DNA from: Daejeonella sp.
GTDB lineage: Bacteria > Bacteroidota > Bacteroidia > Sphingobacteriales > Sphingobacteriaceae
Direction: 5' to 3'
NCBI RefSeq assembly: GCF_030684675.1
Contig: NZ_JAUXXZ010000066.1
Span: forward strand, 18,728 to 82,727
Length of the DNA stretch: 64,000 nucleotides
Shown: positions 49,157-57,975 of the stretch, piece by piece
Numbering within the stretch: the first letter of the stretch is position 1
Layout of the letters: each line of letters opens with the position of its first letter
Notes under the pieces: generated by a model
Told to the model about the DNA's origin: nothing
Database searches by the model: none
The model's input: only the letters and a program-made list of their open reading frames with translations
Position numbers and translations under genes: made by a program

Positions 49157-51697
49157 TTGAAATACATTTCACTTTTTTTCCTTCTTTTCATTTCAGTGTT
49201 TACTGCATTTGCACAACCTGCAAATGATGAGTGCGCTAATGCATTTGAAATTACTGATGCCCGTGAATATTGTTCAGGCAATGGACAATACAGCAATATA
49301 AATGCAAGCCCTTCTTTCATTGGTACTGGGAATGATGTATGGTTTAAGTTTACTGCAAGAAATTTTGAGGTTAAGGTGACTATTAGTGGTTCTCCTGGTA
49401 CTGGTACTTTACAATCACCTGAAATTCGTTTGTACAATGGTTGCGATGGTACACAAAGGACTGTACAAACAGTAAAAGATGGCAATACGACTATTATAAC
49501 CGGTGCAGGATTAGTTCCGGGCATTACCTATTTCATTGGAATCAGCGGGACAAACAACAGTACCGGTACTTTCAAACTTTGTATCGATAATTATCAATCT
49601 GAAATTAAACCAGGGCAGGATTTCTCAGGAGCATCGTTAATCTGCTCAATTGAGAGCATTATAAGAGAAGTTAACATATCTGGGGCGGGTTTAAATCCCA
49701 ATGAAGCAGTAGGGACTTGCCTGGATGTTCAACCCGGTATTGCCTTTTCAGAAACAAATTCTGCATGGTATAAATGGACAGCTGCCAATGATGGAACTCT
49801 TGTCTTTACGATTACACCAAGCAAAAGGGACGATATTGACTGGGTATTATATGAATTAGGACCTGAAGGTAATACACAGAATCCTTTAGCCTCTAATGCA
49901 ATCAGATGTGCCGCTGGGGAAGGCATCAACCAACGTTGCGCGAATGAAGCAACGTATGTACAAACAGGATTAGACTTTAACGCAACTGATTTAAGGGAGG
50001 CAAGCGGCTGTGGGACAGGACAAGATGGGGTTGTTCAGTTCATCACCATGAAAAAGGGTTATGTTTACGCCCTCCTTGTAAATAACGCTTCAGCTAATAA
50101 TAATGGATTTGAAATTGCCTTCACCGACAAAGCCGGCAAAGCCGGAACCGGTTTATTTAAAGGCCCTTCCGCAAAAATCAAGAAAGTAGATAATAATCTG
50201 TGCACTTCCAGCCCTTCCTATACCTTTAGCAGTGATGCATCTGATTTCACCATTTTACAATGGTATTTTGGAGAAGGTGCAAGTATAGCCGGAAGCACTA
50301 AGCAAAATCCTGGAACCGTAACCTACAACACAAGCGGGTTGAAAACAGTTGTTTTACAGGTTAAGAATAACGATGGGTGCTCGATTGTTCAAACTGAAAC
50401 TTTCATGCATGTCATTAAACCCGATGCACCAAAAATTAGTGGACTCCAAACAAGATACTGTGTTGGCGAAACGATAAGTCTGAAGGTTGATTTAGTGGAA
50501 GGAGCGACTTATTCCTGGACAGGTCCTGGAGGATTTACATCCACCACTGCAGAAATCAAAGTCCCGGTTGACGGTGCAGGAAAGGCGGGCACATACTCTG
50601 TCACTGTCACCCTGAATGGCTGTATAAGTGACCCTGCCTCAGTTAACATAGCTTCTATCGGTCAAACACCAACAGCCTCATTTGTTATAACCAATAATAA
50701 TCCCTGCACTGTCGGGCAAAGCTTCACATTTACGAACAGTTCTAAGGACTTCCAGAAAATCAGATGGGATTTTGGAGCTGGTTCAAATATTCCTCCCGGC
50801 GGCAGTAATCCGGCAAATACGATTACTTATTCTAGCGGAGGAACTAAAACCATTCGTCTGGAAGCAGAAGGAAGTTCAGGCTGTATCAGCGTTTTCACGC
50901 AAGAGGTAATCGTAGCATTGAGTCCGGTGAAACCTGTAATCATTGTCAATAAACCTGATTTCTGCCTGACTGACGTAATCAGGCTCAGTACTGCAGCGCA
51001 AAGTGATGTTACTTATAACTGGACTGGCCCTAATAATTTCAGTTCCAATTTGCAATCACCTGAAATAGCTGTCACAAGTGTAGCAGTAGCAGGTACTTAT
51101 ACCCTGACATTGAGCAGGGGGAATTGCAGCACCGAAACGGTAAGCATTGTAGTACCACCGATTTATAAGAACCCCGTGGCGGCATTCCGTTCAGAGCCAA
51201 AGCCACCCGCAAAACTTTCATTCCCTATCCGGGTCGGCTTTTTCAATGAATCTAAAGATGCAGACGCATTTCTATGGGATTTCGGGGATGGGAATACTTC
51301 TACCGATAAGGACCCCGAACATACCTACCTCAGTGCGGGTGACTTTGATGTAACGCTGACTGTCTTTAAAAGCTCGGTTTGCAGTGCATCCACTTCACAA
51401 GGCCAGTTCATGATCAGTGCAAACAATATCCTGTTCATCCCTAATACATTTACTCCGAATAATGATGCTTTGAATGATGAGTTTGTGATCAGTATGACCA
51501 ATATAAAAACCTACAGAATACAGATCTTTAATAGATTCGGGGTTTCTATGTTTGTGTCGGATAATCTTTTCAATCATTGGAAAGGAACTTTCAATAATGA
51601 ACCCTTACCGGTTGGGACCTATTATTATCTGATTGATGCCGTCGATTTTAATGGAAATATGATCAAAAAAACAGGGCCGGTAACTATATTACGTTAA
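49157..51697 (+). CDS. T9SS cargo with PKD domains and gliding-motility-associated (type B) C-terminal domain
   Basis: Signal peptide ending AFA-Q, WYFGEG/WDFGAG/WDFGDG PKD repeats, IPNTFTPNNDALND..IFNRFG..GTYYY. Start placed at TTG 49157 (the ORF track starts at 49049). Confidence 0.88.
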   Translation: MKYISLFFLLFISVFTAFAQPANDECANAFEITDAREYCSGNGQYSNINASPSFIGTGNDVWFKFTARNFEVKVTISGSPGTGTLQSPEIRLYNGCDGTQRTVQTVKDGNTTIITGAGLVPGITYFIGISGTNNSTGTFKLCIDNYQSEIKPGQDFSGASLICSIESIIREVNISGAGLNPNEAVGTCLDVQPGIAFSETNSAWYKWTAANDGTLVFTITPSKRDDIDWVLYELGPEGNTQNPLASNAIRCAAGEGINQRCANEATYVQTGLDFNATDLREASGCGTGQDGVVQFITMKKGYVYALLVNNASANNNGFEIAFTDKAGKAGTGLFKGPSAKIKKVDNNLCTSSPSYTFSSDASDFTILQWYFGEGASIAGSTKQNPGTVTYNTSGLKTVVLQVKNNDGCSIVQTETFMHVIKPDAPKISGLQTRYCVGETISLKVDLVEGATYSWTGPGGFTSTTAEIKVPVDGAGKAGTYSVTVTLNGCISDPASVNIASIGQTPTASFVITNNNPCTVGQSFTFTNSSKDFQKIRWDFGAGSNIPPGGSNPANTITYSSGGTKTIRLEAEGSSGCISVFTQEVIVALSPVKPVIIVNKPDFCLTDVIRLSTAAQSDVTYNWTGPNNFSSNLQSPEIAVTSVAVAGTYTLTLSRGNCSTETVSIVVPPIYKNPVAAFRSEPKPPAKLSFPIRVGFFNESKDADAFLWDFGDGNTSTDKDPEHTYLSAGDFDVTLTVFKSSVCSASTSQGQFMISANNILFIPNTFTPNNDALNDEFVISMTNIKTYRIQIFNRFGVSMFVSDNLFNHWKGTFNNEPLPVGTYYYLIDAVDFNGNMIKKTGPVTILR

Positions 51698-51737
51698 CAA
51701 TTACCGCCTGCACAGATAATAAAACAATTGCTATCAG

Positions 51738-52211
51738 ATGAAAATCACTCTTTTAACCATCGGCAAAACAGAAGATAAATATCTGATTGAAGGGATTGAC
51801 ATCTATTTGAAACGCCTGAAACATTATATCTCATTCCGGATACTCGAAATTCCGGAATTAAAGAATACGAAAAGCCTGTCGCAGGAACAACAAAAAAGCC
51901 GGGAGGCAGAACTGATCTTTAAAAATATTCTGAGTACCGACCATGTTATTCTGCTCGATGAGAATGGCAAAGAGTTCAGTTCAAGAGGCTTTTCAGTATA
52001 TTTAAATAAAAAAATGGTAAGCGGGCTGCAGCACCTTGTGTTTATCATTGGAGGCCCCTATGGATTTAGTAATGAGGTCTATGAACGAAGCAATGAAAAA
52101 ATATCCCTTTCTAAAATGACTCTTTCACATCAGATGATCCGCCTATTTTTTGCTGAGCAGCTTTATCGGGCATGCACCATTTTGAAAGGAGAACCTTATC
52201 ATCATGATTAA
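51738..52211 (+). CDS. rlmH: 23S rRNA pseudouridine-1915 N3-methyltransferase
   Basis: LLDENGK, FIIGGPYG and SHQMIRL..EQLYRA..GEPYHH motifs. Confidence 0.95.
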   Translation: MKITLLTIGKTEDKYLIEGIDIYLKRLKHYISFRILEIPELKNTKSLSQEQQKSREAELIFKNILSTDHVILLDENGKEFSSRGFSVYLNKKMVSGLQHLVFIIGGPYGFSNEVYERSNEKISLSKMTLSHQMIRLFFAEQLYRACTILKGEPYHHD

Positions 52212-52394
52212 GCGCTGAATTATGACAGACTATAAAAGAAATTACAGATTCCGCTCAGGGAACCGATCAAAAGAAAGCAGGCTTTTTTGGATAATGACCC
52301 TGATCGCTATTGCTATTGGATATCTGATTATACGCTACTTGTGATTCAGAATTTATGGAAATAGGAAATGGATTAACTATCGTCCATTCCTACT

Positions 52395-52450
52395 TCAGAC
52401 ATCAGATTTCAGACCTCAGACCTCAGACATCAGATTTCAGACTTCAGATC
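52395..52450. repeat. Tandem heptamer array TCAGA(C/T)N x8
   Basis: Counted directly; abuts the stop of the DUF5606 gene; flanked by the 9-bp direct repeat TCCTACTTC (52388-52396, 52451-52459). Confidence 0.9.
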
Positions 52451-52452
52451 TC

Positions 52453-52980
52453 CTACTTCGATTTCTGAGACAATCTCGTAGCGCTCTTTCCTGCAGCTTT
52501 GGTAGCCTTAGGTTTCTCTTTCACAGGCTCTGGCTTTTTAACGACTGGAGTATCTGCAGGAGCAACCGGAGAGCCATCTGCTATCGGCTCAGGAGCTTCT
52601 TCGTTGAACAAAGGTAAGTCCTTAATGATACTGAACCAGTTTATGATCTTCTTCATGTCAGAAGCATAAACACGTTCCTGATCGTGATCAGGAGCTACTT
52701 CTGTAAAGAAAGCACATAAAGAATTCCCATCTGCGGTTTTTGCATCAGGTAAATTTTTGCTGTCTTTCATTTTGAGGAAGATATCGCTCAGTTTCAAATC
52801 AGCCGTATTACCAAAAACGGTAATATCTTCTAAAGAGGCCATCTTTGCAGTACTGATATTCACTACGATCTTATTCTTCTGCTCATCCAATGTTTCCAGG
52901 ATAAAGCCCGATTTATTCTGGCCAATCAGTTTAAACAATCCCGGTTTACCGGATACGGATACTAATCCTCTTAAATTCAT
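52453..52980 (-). CDS. DUF5606-family conserved Bacteroidota protein
   Basis: VSVSGKPGLFKL..SLEDI..ERVYASDMKK pattern. Confidence 0.75.
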   Translation of the reverse strand: MNLRGLVSVSGKPGLFKLIGQNKSGFILETLDEQKNKIVVNISTAKMASLEDITVFGNTADLKLSDIFLKMKDSKNLPDAKTADGNSLCAFFTEVAPDHDQERVYASDMKKIINWFSIIKDLPLFNEEAPEPIADGSPVAPADTPVVKKPEPVKEKPKATKAAGKSATRLSQKSK

Positions 52981-52983
52981 TTT

Positions 52984-53017
52984 TTAGTAGTTAGTAGTTA
53001 GTATTTAGTATTTAGAC
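52984..53017. repeat. Heptamer array TTAGTA(G/T) x4 plus partial
   Basis: Seen directly just upstream of the DUF5606 start; near-complementary to the 53138 array. Confidence 0.8.
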
Positions 53018-53137
53018 AAAAAGTACTATGGATTTAAAGCATATACCGTCTATTACTATCACTAATCTAAATCATTTCAATTTGATCTCTATTGTTAAAC
53101 GATCCTGTCCCTTAGATATATTCGTCCAGGTTCTAAG

Positions 53138-53161
53138 TACTCAATACTCAATACTCAATAC
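53138..53161. repeat. Heptamer array TACTCAA x3 plus partial
   Basis: Same unit as the 37509 array; abuts the cyclophilin stop codon. Confidence 0.85.
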
Positions 53162-53598
53162 TAGTCTTCAATAACCTCTATTCCTAATATTTTATCGCCC
53201 TGACGGATGTCGTCAACAACATCTACGTTCTCAATAACCTTACCAAAACAGGTATGATTACGGTCAAGATGGGAGGTATTGGTACGGCTATGGCAAATAA
53301 AAAACTGTGAACCACCTGTATTACGGCCAGCATGAGCCATAGAAAGTACGCCTCTATCGTGGAATTGGTTTTCCCCATCAAGTTCACAATCAATGCTATA
53401 TCCCGGACCACCGGCACCCGTACCTGTCGGATCTCCGCCCTGAATCACAAAATCATTGATCACTCTGTGAAAAGTTACCCCATCATAATAACCTGATTTC
53501 GCCAATTTTAAGAAATTTGCAACTGTATTGGGTGCATCTTTATCGTAAAATTGAACAGTCATATCACCTTTCTCGGTTTTAATAATTGCTTTGCTCAT
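53161..53598 (-). CDS. Cyclophilin-type peptidyl-prolyl isomerase
   Basis: [31 protein letters not shown] and HTCFGKV motifs; start at MSKAII. Confidence 0.93.
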   Translation of the reverse strand: MSKAIIKTEKGDMTVQFYDKDAPNTVANFLKLAKSGYYDGVTFHRVINDFVIQGGDPTGTGAGGPGYSIDCELDGENQFHDRGVLSMAHAGRNTGGSQFFICHSRTNTSHLDRNHTCFGKVIENVDVVDDIRQGDKILGIEVIED

Positions 53599-53713
53599 AT
53601 TTCTTTGACTATCATTGGAAGACAAAGGTAATTATTTCGGTCAATTGATGAAATTCTTAAAATATCTTCTTCCTTTTTATACCTTTAAATACTGTAGAAC
53701 GTTATAAAACCTG

Positions 53714-54976
53714 ATGTTAAAAGCCAGATTAACCCTTCTTTTCCTAATTTTAACTGCAGTTTGCAGAGCTGCTTCCATCCTTGTACCTATGGATGAGGAT
53801 CAGAAAAATCATCTAAAAGCCTATGGTATCACCTACTGGGCTCTAAAAAATGGACTTGAAACCGACTGGCTGCTGAATTACAGAGGTGGTAGTTTTCTGA
53901 TGAAATATACCCAATCCATGGAATCGGAATGTAAGATCAGGGGAGTGTCTTATGAAGTGCTGGCTGACGGAAAGGTAAATGCGATTTTAAATGAAGTGAC
54001 CGACCCATCAGTAAACATGGAGATGGTCAAACTTGAGAAAGCCCCGAAAATTGCCGTTTATTCCCCCAAAAATAAGTTACCATGGGATGATGCAGTAACC
54101 ATGGTACTTAGCTATGCTGAAATTCCCTATGATATTTTGTATGACGATGAGGTTTTAAAAGGTGAATTGCCGAAATACGACTGGCTGCACCTTCACCATG
54201 AAGATTTTACAGGACAATACAATCGTTTCTGGAGTGCTTTCAGAAATGCTTCATGGTATATTGATGATGTAAAATTACAGGAAGCCACTGCAAAGAGAAA
54301 TGGCTTCAGTAAAGTGTCTGAAATGAAACTTGAGGTCGCCAGAAACATTCGAAACTTTTGCTCAGGTGGTGGCTTCATGTTTGCCATGTGCTCAGGGCCC
54401 GAAACCATTGATATTGCACTGGCAGCTAACGGAACAGACATTGTGGAGCGTGTTTTTGATGGTGACACTTCAGACCCAAAAGCACAATCGAAACTGGATT
54501 TTAATCAAACCTTTGCTTTCCAGAACTTCAAGCTGGATATGAATCCGGCGAACAATGAATTTTCAAATATTGATGCTACTCCTATCCGTTCGCAAATATT
54601 AAATCGCACGAACGACTTTTTTACTTTGTTTGATTTCTCTGCCAAATGGGATATCGTTCCGGCGATGCTTACCCAAAACCATGATAAAGTGGTGAAGGGA
54701 TTCATGGGCCAGACAACCGCATTCAGAAAGAGCGTCATTAAGCCAAATGTACTTGTGATGGGTGAAACCAAAACAAGCGATGAAGCCCGTTACATCCATG
54801 GAGAGTTTGGAAAAGGGCAGTGGACCTTTTATGGCGGGCATGACCCGGAAGATTATCAGCATATGGTGGGAGACCCACCTACCGACCTGAATCTTCATCC
54901 TAACTCACCCGGCTACAGATTAATCCTGAATAATGTTTTATTCCCTGCTGCGAAGAGGAAGAAACAGAAAACTTGA
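53714..54976 (+). CDS. Conserved Bacteroidota secreted protein with class I glutamine-amidotransferase-like domain
   Basis: Signal peptide; DWLHLHHEDFTG, GGFMFAMCSG and YGGHDPED motifs; function unknown. Confidence 0.65.
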   Translation: MLKARLTLLFLILTAVCRAASILVPMDEDQKNHLKAYGITYWALKNGLETDWLLNYRGGSFLMKYTQSMESECKIRGVSYEVLADGKVNAILNEVTDPSVNMEMVKLEKAPKIAVYSPKNKLPWDDAVTMVLSYAEIPYDILYDDEVLKGELPKYDWLHLHHEDFTGQYNRFWSAFRNASWYIDDVKLQEATAKRNGFSKVSEMKLEVARNIRNFCSGGGFMFAMCSGPETIDIALAANGTDIVERVFDGDTSDPKAQSKLDFNQTFAFQNFKLDMNPANNEFSNIDATPIRSQILNRTNDFFTLFDFSAKWDIVPAMLTQNHDKVVKGFMGQTTAFRKSVIKPNVLVMGETKTSDEARYIHGEFGKGQWTFYGGHDPEDYQHMVGDPPTDLNLHPNSPGYRLILNNVLFPAAKRKKQKT

Positions 54977-54977
54977 T

Positions 54978-55176
54978 TAATTGATAATTGACAGTTGACA
55001 ATTTGAATGGTAGTAGGTATGAAAATCTGCTACCATTTTTTATTTACCGTTAAATAGATCTTCGCTACCAAAGGGTAGATTTTGATTGGAGGTTCAGTAG
55101 ATAATATTGAAGTTAATCTTTTTAATTATCCATTGTCAACCCGATAGGATAGCTACCGGGTGTCAATTATCAATTA
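54978..55176. repeat. Perfect 16-bp inverted repeat built from heptamers upstream of the four-helix-bundle gene
   Basis: TAATTGATAATTGACA (54978-54993) and TGTCAATTATCAATTA (55161-55176). Confidence 0.85.
55006..55041 (+). terminator. Intrinsic terminator after 53714..54976
   Basis: AATGGTAGTAG / CTGCTACCATT stem with one G-U pair, then a T-run. Confidence 0.65.
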
Positions 55177-55181
55177 GAATA

Positions 55182-55546
55182 ATGAGTATTGTCGCGACAA
55201 AATCTTATGCCTTTGCAATCCAAACAATCAGACTTTACAAAGTGCTGTCTGAGGAGCGGAAAGAATTTGTTCTATCAAAACAACTATTAAGAAGCGGCAC
55301 ATCAATATGTGCCCAAATCAAAGAGGCGAAACATGCCCAATCATCTGCTGACTTTCTCCATAAAATGAATATCGCCCTAAAGGAAGCTAATGAAACTGAA
55401 TATTGGATAAGCCTTTTAAAGATACTGGATTTATAAATCAGGATGAATATAGCACGATCAATCATGATTGTTCAGAAGTACTCAGACTCCTGATCAGTAT
55501 CGTCAAAACCACAAAAAGCAATTTGATTAAACCTAAAAATGCCTGA
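55182..55546 (+). pseudogene. Four-helix-bundle (23S IVS-like) protein gene interrupted by a -1 frameshift
   Basis: KSYAFA..SKQLLRSGTSI.A.I.EA..AQS.ADF.HK..IALKEANET.YW.SLLK; the 0 frame stops at 55436, while the -1 frame continues DTGFINQDEY..LLISIVKT to TGA 55546. Confidence 0.85.
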
Positions 55547-55574
55547 TAATTTATTTAAATTTATCAGGCATTTT
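55536..55574. terminator. Hairpin terminator after the four-helix-bundle gene
   Basis: Perfect 14-bp stem AAAATGCCTGATAA / TTATCAGGCATTTT. Confidence 0.75.
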
Positions 55575-55594
55575 CAACTGTCAACTGTCAACTA
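55574..55594. repeat. Heptamer array TCAACT(G/A) x3
   Basis: Inverted relative to ACAGTTGACA at 54991-55000. Confidence 0.75.
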
Positions 55595-55625
55595 ACATAA
55601 ATTTTTAATTCCCATATCCAATCCT

Positions 55626-55633
55626 TATATTTG
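55626..55633 (+). promoter_or_regulatory. -7 element of the his operon promoter
   Basis: TATATTTG about 30 nt upstream of the His-rich leader ORF. Confidence 0.6.
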
Positions 55634-55664
55634 CTCGCCTCCCAAGCTATTTGGGCCAAATATT

Positions 55665-55721
55665 ATGAATATAGTTTTCACACATCACGTACATTTCCAT
55701 CATCGCTTTGCGGCGATGTAA
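55665..55721 (+). CDS. hisL: His operon leader peptide MNIVFTHHVHFHHRFAAM
   Basis: 18-codon uORF with 5 His codons in a 7-codon window, 65 nt upstream of hisG; below the ORF-track cutoff. Confidence 0.85.
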   Translation: MNIVFTHHVHFHHRFAAM

Positions 55722-55786
55722 TATAATATACGTTTCTACGTGAAACTGTTTCTTAATAATTTTTTGGTCTGATTAAAACTTACAAT

Positions 55787-56638
55787 TTGAAAACTCTTAA
55801 AATAGCTATCCAGAAATCTGGTAGATTAAACGAAAAATCGGTCGAACTGCTCAAAAATTGCGGATTAAGCTTCGAAAATTATAAAAGTTCCCTGATATCC
55901 ACTGTATCGAATTTCCCGCTTGAAATATTGTTCCTCCGGGATGATGATATTCCTGAATATGTTCAGGATGGCATTGCCGACCTCGGAATAGTAGGAGAAA
56001 ACGTGATCAGTGAAACAGGGGTCGATGTCAGCTTCCTGCAAATGCTGGGATTCGGCAAGTGTACACTGAAACTGGCAGTACAAACTCATAGCAGCATCCA
56101 AAATGTTAGTGACCTGAATGGAAAATCGATTGCGACTTCCTATCCTGTAATACTGAAGAACTTCCTGGACAAGAATAATATCAGTGCTGATATCCGCACG
56201 ATATCCGGTTCGGTTGAAATTGCCCCGGGTCTCGGTCTGAGTGATGCGATATTTGATATTGTATCAACAGGTGGTACACTTAAAAGCAACGGACTGAAGC
56301 CATTCGCAGAAGTGATGAAATCGGAAGCGGTATTGATCGGAAGAAATGGAATTGAAGCTGAACCTCTTGTTGTTGAACTGATTCAAAGAATTCAATCGGT
56401 ACTCCGGGCGAAAGAAACCAAATATGTGGTTTTGAATGCAGAGTCTAAAAATCTGGATCGCATACTTGAGCTACTTCCGGGTGTTAAAAGTCCGACGGTA
56501 GTACCTCTGGCAGAAAGCGGATGGGTAGCTGTTCATACGGTAATTCCTGAGCGCGATTTCTGGGAGAAGATTAGCCTGTTGAAAAGTGCAGGTGCCCAGG
56601 GCATTGTTGTGATGCCTATCGAAAAGATCATCTTATAA
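55787..56638 (+). CDS. hisG: ATP phosphoribosyltransferase (long form)
   Basis: IAIQKSGRL, RDDDIP, ATSYP, GSVEIAP and DIVSTGGTL motifs; TTG start. Confidence 0.96.
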   Translation: MKTLKIAIQKSGRLNEKSVELLKNCGLSFENYKSSLISTVSNFPLEILFLRDDDIPEYVQDGIADLGIVGENVISETGVDVSFLQMLGFGKCTLKLAVQTHSSIQNVSDLNGKSIATSYPVILKNFLDKNNISADIRTISGSVEIAPGLGLSDAIFDIVSTGGTLKSNGLKPFAEVMKSEAVLIGRNGIEAEPLVVELIQRIQSVLRAKETKYVVLNAESKNLDRILELLPGVKSPTVVPLAESGWVAVHTVIPERDFWEKISLLKSAGAQGIVVMPIEKIIL

Positions 56639-56648
56639 AAGGACAGCC

Positions 56649-57947
56649 ATGTTGAAAGTCTATAATTTAAAGGATCTGAACGCAAAAGCTGTTGAAGATC
56701 TTTGCAAACGCAATATAGATTCCAATAATCATATCCGGGCAGCAGTAACAGAAATCATTGATGAGGTAAAGCTTAATGGGGACAATGCCCTGAAAGTATT
56801 TGCCGAAAAGTTTGATGGCATTACACTCGATAAACTCTTTTTAGATAAGGAAGAGATCAGAACTATTGCTTCAGGTACTTCTGAAGAGGCAAAACAGGCT
56901 TTGAAACTGGCATACGATAATATTTGGAAGTTTCATGCAAGTCAGCTCAAAACAGAAGAAAAGACTGAAACATCAAAAGGTGTGGTCTGTTGGCGGGAAC
57001 TAAGGGCAATTGAGAAAGTTGGGCTCTATATACCGGGAGGAACCGCGGTTCTGCCCAGTACCTTTCTGATGCTTGGCATACCTGCAAGAATTGCCGGATG
57101 TAAAGAAATTATTGTTTGTTCTCCGCCGCAGAAAGACGGAAAGGTAAATGCTTATCTGGCCTATTGTGCCGAACTGCTTGAAATTGACCGGATTTATCTT
57201 GCGGGAGGTGCACAGGCAATAGCTGCAATGGCTTATGGCACAGAGAGTATCCTGAAAGTTGATAAGATTTTTGGTCCCGGAAATCAGTACGTAACCAAGG
57301 CAAAAACGATCATACAATCTGAAAGTCAGACTGCCATAGATATGCCTGCAGGTCCTTCTGAAGTTTTGGTCATAGCTGATGATACGGCAAATGCAGAATA
57401 TGTTGCCGCTGATCTTTTGGCTCAGGCAGAACACGGAATCGACAGTCAGGCTGTGCTTGTTTCAAGTTCTGCAAAGATCATTGAAGAAACTATACTTGAA
57501 CTGAAAAAACAGCTTATAGTACTCCCAAGAGCTGAGATCGCTGCAAAAGCTATTGCCAATTCTTATGCTGTACTTTGTTCAGATCTCAAGGAAGCAATGC
57601 AATTCAGTAATACCTATGCACCTGAGCACCTGATTCTGGCAACAGACCAGTGGGAAAGTATCTCTGATGATATCATTAATGCAGGTTCAGTATTCCTTGG
57701 ACATCTTACTCCTGAAAGTGCAGGAGATTATGCTTCTGGGACAAACCATACCCTGCCTACCAGTTCCTATGCAAAAGCATATTCAGGAGTTTCAGTAGAT
57801 TCATTTGTAAAAAAGATCACTTTTCAGCACATCAATAAAGAAGGTATAAGAAACCTGGGGCCTGCCGTAGAGATACTGGCATCGCTGGAGGGATTACAAG
57901 CACATAAGAATGCTGTGACTGTACGTTTGAAAGACAGCCTGGAATAA
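56649..57947 (+). CDS. hisD: Histidinol dehydrogenase
   Basis: GLYIPGG, GGAQAIAA, GPGN, DMPAGPSE, QAEH, APEHL and GDYASGTNH motifs. Confidence 0.96.
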   Translation: MLKVYNLKDLNAKAVEDLCKRNIDSNNHIRAAVTEIIDEVKLNGDNALKVFAEKFDGITLDKLFLDKEEIRTIASGTSEEAKQALKLAYDNIWKFHASQLKTEEKTETSKGVVCWRELRAIEKVGLYIPGGTAVLPSTFLMLGIPARIAGCKEIIVCSPPQKDGKVNAYLAYCAELLEIDRIYLAGGAQAIAAMAYGTESILKVDKIFGPGNQYVTKAKTIIQSESQTAIDMPAGPSEVLVIADDTANAEYVAADLLAQAEHGIDSQAVLVSSSAKIIEETILELKKQLIVLPRAEIAAKAIANSYAVLCSDLKEAMQFSNTYAPEHLILATDQWESISDDIINAGSVFLGHLTPESAGDYASGTNHTLPTSSYAKAYSGVSVDSFVKKITFQHINKEGIRNLGPAVEILASLEGLQAHKNAVTVRLKDSLE

Positions 57948-57975
57948 TAATCCCGGCATTAAAAAAAGAAATACG

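Noticed and set aside
55107-55181. N-terminal extension of the four-helix-bundle ORF from TTG 55107
   Set aside because: It overlaps the repeat-derived inverted sequence, and family similarity starts at ATG 55182.
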